From assembly GCA_947448205.1 (NCBI GenBank), contig CANFNL010000001.1:217-64216 (forward strand): DNA of 64,000 bases. The letters are read 5' to 3'. Below, piece by piece: positions 31,888 to 39,852 of the stretch. Each line of letters opens with the position of its first letter. The first letter of the stretch is position 1. The notes under the pieces are model-generated. The model was given only the letters and a program-made list of their open reading frames with translations. It had not been told where the DNA came from and did not search any database. The stretch comes from Bacteriovoracaceae bacterium. Its GTDB lineage: Bacteria > Bdellovibrionota > Bacteriovoracia > Bacteriovoracales > Bacteriovoracaceae. A program made the position numbers and the translations under genes.

Positions 31888-33740
31888 TATATTATGTTCC
31901 CTGCAACGTATGCGAGAGTAGCGGGTCGAATTCCTTCAATTCTTTGCAATTGAGCAAACGTTTCTGGCCGAATTGTTTTAATCCGCAATTTACACTCAAA
32001 AGAAATATTTTTTGAATCGACCAAACTTTCCCAATGAATTTTCTTTTTTCCTAGCCGATTTATTCTTTCTGATTCAACTATTGCCCTATCAATATAACCT
32101 TCATACTTTGTCGAAATTGCAACTGTTCGAATGACATCAATGTCAAAAGCAATTCCCAGTCTTTTTGTTTCTCTATCAAGTACATCGATTGGATTGTTAT
32201 TAGGTCTTTTTAAAAGTTCTTTAAAAGAGATATTAATTTCAAGAGGCCCATAATTTTGAAGTTCAAAATAACCTTTATTCTCAATTGTCGAATAAAACAT
32301 CGTTGAATCCACTAGTTTTTCTAAAAGTGAGACTTCTTCAAGGAATTCTTCTTGATAATCATCGAGTACTGAAGCCAATTCTAACTCTTTTCTATATTTT
32401 CTCATGCGTGGAATTGTATTATCTTCACGCACGTATAACCTATTTTCTGAACGAGCTGTGAACAATCTATAAGGCTCATCTCGCTTATTAGTAACTAAAT
32501 CTTCGATCATAACTCCAATATAAGAATCATTTCTATCCAATATAAGTGGATTTTTTCCTAATAATGCCAAAGCTGCATTTGCACCAGCGATTATTCCCTG
32601 ACCAGCAGCTTCTTCATATCCTGAAGTCCCGCAAACTTGGCCTGCGAAATACAAGCCGGGAATCGAAATATATTCCATTGTTTTTGAAAGTTGAGAGGTG
32701 TCAACGACATCATACTCAACTGCATATCCATGAACGAGTATTTTGGCATTTTCTAATCCTTGAATTGTCCGAATGAAACTTTCTTGAACCTCTTTTGGTA
32801 AAGAAGTTGAAACACCATTAGGATAAATTGTCTCTAAATCTAAGCCTTCTGGTTCGATAAAGACATGATGAACATCTTTTTCAGTGTATCGGAATGCCTT
32901 GTCTTCAATACTAGGACAGTAGCGAGGACCTATACCTTTAATTTGTCCATTGAATATAGGTGATCGCTCTTTATTTGCTCTAATTATTGAAAGTGTCTCT
33001 GAATTAGTTTTTGTTAAATAACATGAAATTTGCTTAGAGTTTCTATTAAAAGGTGAATTCAAAGAGTGAAAGTTTCTAGTTGTTGAATCACTATTTTGTG
33101 GTTCTAGTTTTGTAAAATCTATCGTTTTTCTGTCCAATCTTGGTGGTGTTCCAGTTTTAAATCTATTTGGAAGAGTTTTAATTTCATTAAAAAGCTCGTT
33201 CAGACCGACTGATTCTTTACACTCCACTCTTCCACCGGCGGTTTGATTTTCTCCTGTATGGAGTTTGCCAGCAAGAAAAGTCCCTGTTGTAGCAACTATT
33301 TTCTTAGCTGTAATCTTATTTCCAGCTTCAGTTGTAATGGTGAAAAAAGAATTTTCTCTTTCAACTGATTGAACCATTTCACGAATAATTGTTAAGTTTT
33401 GAACGGTACTTAGAAGTTCTTCTGCATTTTTTGTATATAGATCTTTATCAACTTGAACGCGAGTTGACTGAACTGCAAATCCTTTTGATTCATTTAAAGT
33501 TCTATATTGAATACCGGCTATGTCAGCGACAATTCCCATCAAGCCACCAAGTGCATCGATTTCTCGAACAACCTGTCCTTTCCCTATTCCGCCAATTGCC
33601 GGATTGCATGGTGCAGAAGCCAGGCTAGCATTTGGTGAGGAAATTAATCCCACTTGGAGATCAAATTGTGAAGCAATCCATGCTGCTTCTGAACCAGCAT
33701 GGCCACCACCAATAATTAAAATATCAAAGTTCTTTTTCAT
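31887..33740 (-). CDS. mnmG: tRNA uridine-5-carboxymethylaminomethyl modification enzyme MnmG (GidA)
   Basis: IIGGGHAGSEAA, CNPAIGG, GPRYCPSIEDK, EPYRLFTARSE; ATG at 33740 gives the canonical N-terminus. Confidence 0.97.
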   Translation of the reverse strand: MKKNFDILIIGGGHAGSEAAWIASQFDLQVGLISSPNASLASAPCNPAIGGIGKGQVVREIDALGGLMGIVADIAGIQYRTLNESKGFAVQSTRVQVDKDLYTKNAEELLSTVQNLTIIREMVQSVERENSFFTITTEAGNKITAKKIVATTGTFLAGKLHTGENQTAGGRVECKESVGLNELFNEIKTLPNRFKTGTPPRLDRKTIDFTKLEPQNSDSTTRNFHSLNSPFNRNSKQISCYLTKTNSETLSIIRANKERSPIFNGQIKGIGPRYCPSIEDKAFRYTEKDVHHVFIEPEGLDLETIYPNGVSTSLPKEVQESFIRTIQGLENAKILVHGYAVEYDVVDTSQLSKTMEYISIPGLYFAGQVCGTSGYEEAAGQGIIAGANAALALLGKNPLILDRNDSYIGVMIEDLVTNKRDEPYRLFTARSENRLYVREDNTIPRMRKYRKELELASVLDDYQEEFLEEVSLLEKLVDSTMFYSTIENKGYFELQNYGPLEINISFKELLKRPNNNPIDVLDRETKRLGIAFDIDVIRTVAISTKYEGYIDRAIVESERINRLGKKKIHWESLVDSKNISFECKLRIKTIRPETFAQLQRIEGIRPATLAYVAGNII

Positions 33741-33743
33741 ATT

Positions 33744-33759
33744 TGTTCCACGTAGAACA
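33744..33759. promoter_or_regulatory. parS site (immediately upstream of mnmG)
   Basis: TGTTCCACGTAGAACA, 15/16 match to TGTTCCACGTGGAACA. Confidence 0.88.
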
Positions 33760-33804
33760 GTTTCATTTTGTATTGGGATTAGTAATATAAAATTCTGGAG
33801 TCGG

Positions 33805-35298
33805 CTACTTCCCAATACAAAAATTTTCAAATATGGAATTAAGTACATCATCGGGAGAGAGTATCCCGATTAACTCACTCAGGTATTGAGAAAAAATATT
33901 CAACTCAGATGAAACAATTGCAATATCATTTATATTATTGATTTTATTGATAAAATCCATTTTTTTTAAATATAAAGTATTTATGCATTGCCGATGTCTA
34001 TCTAGTAAAATCGGACTGTTAGATGTCAATGCCTTAAACTTTGAAGATAAATGATTCTTTACAAGTGGTTCTATAGGACCAGAGCATTTTTCCAATTTTG
34101 GTTCTGTAGGGGCAGATTGTGAATGTGGTCCTATAGGTCCATATTTCGAAAATGGTTCTATAGGACCAAGAAGAAAATGGCTCGCTGAAATTGGTCCTAT
34201 AGAACCATTTTCTAAACTAGCAGAGGCAATAAAATTTGCATGAATTTTTGAGAGATCTAAGAGTGAAGTTGCCTTATAAAAATCATCAATGTCTGAGTGA
34301 GAAATAAATAAAATATCAAACTCAACTCCACTTAATTTATCTAAATAATCCGAATTCGTTTCAAAAGGGTTGATAATTAAAATTTTAAAAAAAGCACGAT
34401 TTAAAATTTCAAATGCACGATGAATTCCGATGTTTTCAATAAAGTCATTTGATTCTCTAATGCCAGCTGTATCAACCAATTTATAATTGGTCCCATCAAT
34501 ATGAATAAGTTCGGTAATGTAATCACGAGTAGTCCCAGGGATATTAGAAACTATAGACCGATTCTGTTTAACCAAAAGATTAAAAAGAGAGCTCTTTCCG
34601 GCGTTAGTTTGACCAACAAGCACAACTTCTGGAGAAAGAAGTGAAGAAACATTTCCCTCCGACCGAGCATGAAGGGAGTCCAAAATTTTCGAAAAATGTG
34701 AAAAAGAATTATCAAAAAGTATTTTGGACTGCTCTTCGCCTACATCATCAGAGAAATCAATAGAAATCTCAACTGCTGCTTTAACTTTTAAAAAACTATC
34801 ATAAAGTGATAAATACTGAGTGTGCAATTCACCCTGTAAAATATCGAGACCTTGAGTTAACATTAAATTTGAATTGGCATTCAAAAGCATGTCTAAACCC
34901 TCAACCTGCGAAAGTGATAATTTTTTGTTTTTTAATGCACGATAAGTGAACTCTCCAGGATGTGCGGCTCTAAAACCAGCACTATTAATAAAAAGATCTA
35001 AAATCCTTTGAATGTTAAGCTGATTTCCATGTACTGAGAGCTCAAGGACGTTTTCAGATGTGTAACTTTTATCTTTTGGAAAAAATACCAAAAGGCCATT
35101 ATCAAAAATTTGGTGATTAGAAATTATATTAGTTAAATGTGAAAAACGCGGCTTAACTTTTTTTAGTGCAAAAGAAAAATAAGGCTGAAGGGACAATAAA
35201 TCAGAGAAACCAGAAAGACGTATCACTGCAATAGCAGTATTGGATAATGTACCAGTACTGCATGCAATGATAGGACAATCGTCAGGATAAAAAATCAT
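33805..35298 (-). CDS. mnmE: tRNA modification GTPase MnmE (TrmE) with an internal repeat insertion
   Basis: IRLSG, GEFTYRA, GQTNAGKSSLFN, PGTTRD, DTAGIR, terminal FCIGK. Confidence 0.96.
   Translation of the reverse strand: MIFYPDDCPIIACSTGTLSNTAIAVIRLSGFSDLLSLQPYFSFALKKVKPRFSHLTNIISNHQIFDNGLLVFFPKDKSYTSENVLELSVHGNQLNIQRILDLFINSAGFRAAHPGEFTYRALKNKKLSLSQVEGLDMLLNANSNLMLTQGLDILQGELHTQYLSLYDSFLKVKAAVEISIDFSDDVGEEQSKILFDNSFSHFSKILDSLHARSEGNVSSLLSPEVVLVGQTNAGKSSLFNLLVKQNRSIVSNIPGTTRDYITELIHIDGTNYKLVDTAGIRESNDFIENIGIHRAFEILNRAFFKILIINPFETNSDYLDKLSGVEFDILFISHSDIDDFYKATSLLDLSKIHANFIASASLENGSIGPISASHFLLGPIEPFSKYGPIGPHSQSAPTEPKLEKCSGPIEPLVKNHLSSKFKALTSNSPILLDRHRQCINTLYLKKMDFINKINNINDIAIVSSELNIFSQYLSELIGILSPDDVLNSIFENFCIGK
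34066..34212. repeat. array of five 16-bp imperfect palindromes TGGT(T/C)CTATAG(G/A)ACCA inside mnmE
   Basis: Copies start at 34066, 34099 (degenerate), 34126, 34153 and 34192; start-to-start spacings 33, 27, 27 and 39 nt. Confidence 0.92.
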
Positions 35299-35319
35299 AA
35301 TAAAACATTATTTAAAAAT

Positions 35320-36798
35320 CTAGTCGGCCATTTTATAAACGAGAGCTTGTTGAGCAACACCAACAACAGTTGATACAAAAATATAAAGAACAAGGCCAGC
35401 CGGTAAGCTTTTCATTATAAAAGCAAAAATAACTGGCATAAACATCATTATTTTCTGCTGAGTTGGATCAACCGTTGTTTGTGGAGTTAGCTTTTGCTGA
35501 GCTAGCATAGCTAACCCCATAAACACAGGAAGAATATAAAATGGATCGTGAATACTTAAATCATGAATCCATCCATAAAAAGGAGCTCCGACAAGTTCTA
35601 CTGCACTATAAAGAACTCGATAAATAGCAAAGAAAAATGGCATTTGCAAAAGCAATGGGAGACAACCCGAAAGAGGATTAGCTCCAGCTTTTTTAAACAA
35701 ATCCATAGTTTCTTTTTGCATTTTTTGAGGCTCATCTTTAAATTTCTCTTTTATAGCAGCAAGCTCAGGTTGAATTGCTTGCATCTTCTTCATACTCTTA
35801 AAAGATTTATACTGAAGAGGAAATGTAATTAAACGAATTAAAATCGTAAGAAGGATAATCGCAATGCCATAGTTTGGAATATATTTGTGGATAAACTGTA
35901 GTCCTCGTAAAATTGGCACTGCTAGAACAGCAAAGAATCCAAAATCTACAGATAAATGAAGATTATCCCCTAATCCAATTAAAGTATCGTAATTTTTCTT
36001 AGTGAAAACCAAATCTGCAGAGAATGATTTAGAAACATTAGGAATATCAACAATTAATTGTCCTGTTTCAGTTGTTTTAAATTTAGATGGTATCTTATCT
36101 TTAAAAATGAGAGCAAATAAATGATAATTATAATCCACACCAAACCATTTAAGATTTCCGTCTTCTTCTTTTTCTTTTGAAACAGCAATATGTTTAACAT
36201 CGTTAGTGAAAAGACTGAATTGACGAACTTGACCATTATCTAATTTTTTAGCAACAGCTTGGAAAACAAATCGAAATTTATAAGCTTTATCTGATGACAA
36301 ATTAAAAGATACTCGCCCATTATCTTGAATAAAAGCTACAAAATTTACACCGTAGTTAGCATTTTTTCCAACAATCTTATTAGGACCAACTTGCTCCATT
36401 TGGAAAAATAGATCTAATGGACCATAATCTGTCACTATTTGAATGCGTAATGGGGTTGATGAATCTGTAAGAGAATTAAAACTAAAAACAGAATTCGGAT
36501 TTTTCATATCTGTAACAGATAGATCATTATTAATCTGAAATTCAAAATTATTTAATTTTAAAGTACTAGGAATTATAGTTAGAGGTTGATTAGCATTAGT
36601 AGAAGCGTTAGTCGCGCTTAGTGAAGCAGAATGTAGTGCTGCTTTATCATCTGTTTTTAGAACTTGAACTTCTCCTTTAGTAGAAACCTTTTGAGGATTA
36701 ATTACTTGTTTTGGTGCAAAAAAATATTGCCAACCAAATAATACTATACCTGAAAGGATAACCGCAATGACAGCACGTTTCTGATCTGAATTTAACAT
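35320..36798 (-). CDS. yidC: membrane protein insertase YidC
   Basis: VDFG, NYGIAIILLT, GCLPLLLQMP, DPFYILP, PAGLVLY. Confidence 0.97.
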   Translation of the reverse strand: MLNSDQKRAVIAVILSGIVLFGWQYFFAPKQVINPQKVSTKGEVQVLKTDDKAALHSASLSATNASTNANQPLTIIPSTLKLNNFEFQINNDLSVTDMKNPNSVFSFNSLTDSSTPLRIQIVTDYGPLDLFFQMEQVGPNKIVGKNANYGVNFVAFIQDNGRVSFNLSSDKAYKFRFVFQAVAKKLDNGQVRQFSLFTNDVKHIAVSKEKEEDGNLKWFGVDYNYHLFALIFKDKIPSKFKTTETGQLIVDIPNVSKSFSADLVFTKKNYDTLIGLGDNLHLSVDFGFFAVLAVPILRGLQFIHKYIPNYGIAIILLTILIRLITFPLQYKSFKSMKKMQAIQPELAAIKEKFKDEPQKMQKETMDLFKKAGANPLSGCLPLLLQMPFFFAIYRVLYSAVELVGAPFYGWIHDLSIHDPFYILPVFMGLAMLAQQKLTPQTTVDPTQQKIMMFMPVIFAFIMKSLPAGLVLYIFVSTVVGVAQQALVYKMAD

Positions 36799-36816
36799 GA
36801 AAAAAACTCCAACAAG

Positions 36817-37032
36817 TTATTGCTTAGGAACAGGATCGTGCCCGCCCTCGCAAAATGGATTACATCTTAATATACGATGAGATGAATACCATAGTGCACG
36901 TAAAATTGAAAACTTCTCAAAGCATTCTTTTGAATATTCTGAACAAGAAGGATAAAAGCGGCACTTGGGACCAAAAAGTGGTGATATAAAATAACGATAA
37001 AAGCGAATAAGAAAAATAAATATTAATTTCAT
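36817..37032 (-). CDS. yidD: membrane protein insertion efficiency factor YidD
   Basis: ISPLFGPKCRFYPSCSEY, RILRCNPF, GGHDPVP. Confidence 0.96.
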   Translation of the reverse strand: MKLIFIFLIRFYRYFISPLFGPKCRFYPSCSEYSKECFEKFSILRALWYSSHRILRCNPFCEGGHDPVPKQ

Positions 37033-37406
37033 TTTTTATTAGATATCTGGAGTAAATAATATTTGAAAAACTCTTCAATATTTTTTAGTAAAACTTCCTC
37101 TTTAATAACAAAGGATTCACTCGAGAGATTTCTATTCCAGGAAACAACAAAGAGAATATCAACACCAAGAAATTTATATTCAGATTGACGAAAATATTCT
37201 CTAATTAGCCTTTTAAGACGATTACGAACATTGGCTTTGCCAATTTTTTTAGGAACACTCAAACCAATACGCGATTGATTAAAATTATTTTTTTTGTAGT
37301 AAATAATAAAAGATGGCTTTTTAAATGAAAGCGAATCAACTTTTAACTCAGAAAAATCGCTGGCCGAGAGAAGGCGAAAATTTTTTTCAAACCGACAATC
37401 GACCAC
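37029..37406 (-). CDS. rnpA: ribonuclease P protein component
   Basis: RIGLSVPKKIGKANVRNRLKRLIRE (RNR motif). Confidence 0.95.
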   Translation of the reverse strand: MVDCRFEKNFRLLSASDFSELKVDSLSFKKPSFIIYYKKNNFNQSRIGLSVPKKIGKANVRNRLKRLIREYFRQSEYKFLGVDILFVVSWNRNLSSESFVIKEEVLLKNIEEFFKYYLLQISNKK

Positions 37407-37412
37407 TGACTA

Positions 37413-37565
37413 TTACTTAGTACTAGAAGATACCGTTAAACGAGCTCTGCCTTTAGCTCTTCTCGCTCTAATAACATTCTTACCACCTGGACTAGCCATT
37501 CTTTTAAGGAATCCATGCACTCTTAATCTTTTTAATTTCTTTGGTTGCCACGTTCTTTTGCTCAT
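37413..37565 (-). CDS. rpmH: 50S ribosomal protein L34 (not in the ORF track)
   Basis: Translated by hand: [50 protein letters not shown], with AAGGA RBS. Confidence 0.97.
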   Translation of the reverse strand: MSKRTWQPKKLKRLRVHGFLKRMASPGGKNVIRARRAKGRARLTVSSSTK

Positions 37566-37609
37566 TTTCGCTGTCCTTCAAAACGATATTAAATATATGA
37601 AGGAATACG

Positions 37610-37636
37610 ATTATATTTTCTTTCGTGAAAGGTCAA
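37610..37636 (-). promoter_or_regulatory. putative sigma70 promoter of the rpmH operon
   Basis: TTGACC-15 nt-TATAAT on the minus strand; spacer is shorter than optimal. Confidence 0.4.
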
Positions 37637-37755
37637 TGCGAAACAACGTGCGTTACATGTAAGAAAATGTGAAAATCTGTTATATTGCTATTAAGTTTTG
37701 AGCCGTGCTACATCTTTTGCTCTCACAAATTTGGCAGAATATTTCGGAGCATATA

Positions 37756-39297
37756 ATGGCGCAAGACTTTCCGTTTGATCATTTTTTAAAAATTGGGTCA
37801 AAAAACACCCAAGTAAACACATTTAGCCCTAATATTCCAATAAATCTTGGAAATAACGATGATGATAATTTTCAAAATGACGAACTAACTAATATAAATC
37901 ACGAGATTTTAAATCATCTGAAGACTATTTTACCAGAAATGCGATTTAAAACTTATTTTGAAAACAACTTAGAATTAAAATCTATAAATGATCAAAATAT
38001 AGTTTTTGAAGTTAAAACTGCATTTATCAAAAGATCGGTTGAACTATATAAAGAAGAAATTGCAAAAGCTTTATTAAACATTCTCGGAACAAATTTTGAT
38101 GTAATTATAAATAGTAAAGATCTAAAAGAAATGGGAGAATCTTCTCCCACAAAGATAGCTAACAACAAATCTTTTAACGATATAAAATTCACTCTGGATT
38201 TAACTCCGACCAGAGATGATCTCCAAGCAAAGGCCCAAGCAAGATACATTGAATATGTGAATCCAAATCAATCTGGTATTATTATTGATCAATTTAAAAC
38301 TTTTGATAATTTTATCGTAGGTCCAACAAACAATATGGCCCAAGCAGCATCAAAAGCTGTCGCTCAAAATCCGGGGAAAAATGGAAAATATCCATCTTTA
38401 TACATACACAGTAATTCAGGATTAGGAAAAACTCACCTTTTGCATGCAGTTGCAAATGAAATAAATGAAAGACATCCTGAATTAACAGTTTGCTTAACAA
38501 CGGCGCGTGATTTTATGGAAGAGATGATTACGTTAATGAAAGTTAACAAAATTAATGAATTTGTAAAAAAATATACCGAAAAAGTAGATGTCTTAATGAT
38601 TGATGACATTCATGAATTAAAGAAAAAAGAAGGTACACAAGATCAGTTTTTTCATGTCTTTAATGAAATGCACAATAAAGGAAAGCAGTTAATATTTACC
38701 TCTGACCAAAGACCAAAAGAAATCGATGGGATTTCAGAGCGTATTAAAACACGACTTCAATGGGGACTTGTAGTCGATATTCAAGCGCCAGATTTAGAGA
38801 CAAGAATTGCCATCTTAAGAAGAAAAATGGAAGCTCTTGACCTCTATGTGACTGAGGATGTTTTAACATTAATAGCTTCAAAAATTAAGACTAATATTAG
38901 GGAGCTAGAAGGCTCTTTAGTAAGGTTAAAAGCAGTGAGCGAACTCATGAATGTAGAAATTGAAATTGATCTCGTTAGAGAGCAATTAATGATTCCTAGT
39001 AATGAGCAAGAAAAAGAAATCAGCATTGAGCATGTTGCTAAAGCAGCAGCACAATATTTCCGCATTCCCCTTGCAGATTTGAAATCCAAAGGAAGAAATC
39101 AAGATATAACAAAGGCTCGGCATATCGCTATGTACTTAGCTAGGAAGATTGCCAATGCAAAACACCAAGAAATTGGAGCTTTCTTTGGTGGGAGAGATCA
39201 CTCATCAGTAATCCACGCAGTAAACACCATTGCAGAAAAACTAAAAGTAGATACTCTTTATTCTAAAGACATTAATTCGATTGAATCAAACCTATAA
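37756..39297 (+). CDS. dnaA: chromosomal replication initiator DnaA
   Basis: TFDNFIVG, SGLGKTHL, IDDIH, RELEG, GGRDHSSVIHA; ATG 37756 follows GGAG. Confidence 0.98.
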   Translation: MAQDFPFDHFLKIGSKNTQVNTFSPNIPINLGNNDDDNFQNDELTNINHEILNHLKTILPEMRFKTYFENNLELKSINDQNIVFEVKTAFIKRSVELYKEEIAKALLNILGTNFDVIINSKDLKEMGESSPTKIANNKSFNDIKFTLDLTPTRDDLQAKAQARYIEYVNPNQSGIIIDQFKTFDNFIVGPTNNMAQAASKAVAQNPGKNGKYPSLYIHSNSGLGKTHLLHAVANEINERHPELTVCLTTARDFMEEMITLMKVNKINEFVKKYTEKVDVLMIDDIHELKKKEGTQDQFFHVFNEMHNKGKQLIFTSDQRPKEIDGISERIKTRLQWGLVVDIQAPDLETRIAILRRKMEALDLYVTEDVLTLIASKIKTNIRELEGSLVRLKAVSELMNVEIEIDLVREQLMIPSNEQEKEISIEHVAKAAAQYFRIPLADLKSKGRNQDITKARHIAMYLARKIANAKHQEIGAFFGGRDHSSVIHAVNTIAEKLKVDTLYSKDINSIESNL

Positions 39298-39840
39298 AAT
39301 GTGGATAACTTTTCGTAAAAAGTGAAAAGTTATCCACGGCCTTTCCACAAATAATTAACAGACTTATCCACATAATTTAAAGAAATTCACAATTTCTAAC
39401 CTATTTTATTATAAATAGTTAATTTATAACTTCGAAGAATATGTTATCAACAATAAATTATTAACATTGTTGATAGCTGTGTGAATAAAAGTTAAAAAAG
39501 AAGCAAAAAAATATAATAGAAAATTTTTAAAAAAAAACCGTGGAAAGGCCGTGAATAAAGTGTTGAGAAATAAAAATTTAACAGGTCTTTAAAATGAATA
39601 TGCGATTAGAATTGATAAATACAAAAAAGTTATTAGAAATAATCAATATAAACAAAAAACTTAAGTTAATGAAATTTATAACCTTTTATTTCTTTTCCAC
39701 TTATCCACACTATAATAATAAAAGTATTAATAATAATAAATAATATATAACAAAAACAAAATTCTAAATTAACCCAGCTTATGGACCCAGTGAATCTTGA
39801 TTTCGAATACCGATAAAGTTACAAAATAATGAAAATATAA
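39298..39840. other. replication origin oriC
   Basis: dnaA-dnaN intergenic region. Perfect DnaA boxes at 39300-39308 (TGTGGATAA), 39364-39372 and 39701-39709 (TTATCCACA). Near-matches at 39330, 39341, 39444, 39458, 39468, 39480, 39539, 39550 and 39693. AT-rich ATA/TAA triplet run after the last box; gene orientation diverges around this region. Confidence 0.93.
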
Positions 39841-39852
39841 TTGGAAAAATTT

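Noticed and set aside
33741-33851. 37-aa N-terminal extension of MnmG in the ORF track
   Set aside because: It overlaps the mnmE 3' end and runs through the parS site; the canonical FAD-binding N-terminus starts at ATG 33740.
34066-34207. mnmE palindrome array as a mini CRISPR array
   Set aside because: Repeats are only 16 bp, spacers are 11-23 nt and frame-preserving, one copy is inverted, it lies inside an intact conserved gene, and no cas genes are in the window.
37705-37755. Upstream GTG start for dnaA given by the ORF track
   Set aside because: ATG 37756 has a GGAG RBS at suitable spacing; the upstream segment is more likely promoter or leader.
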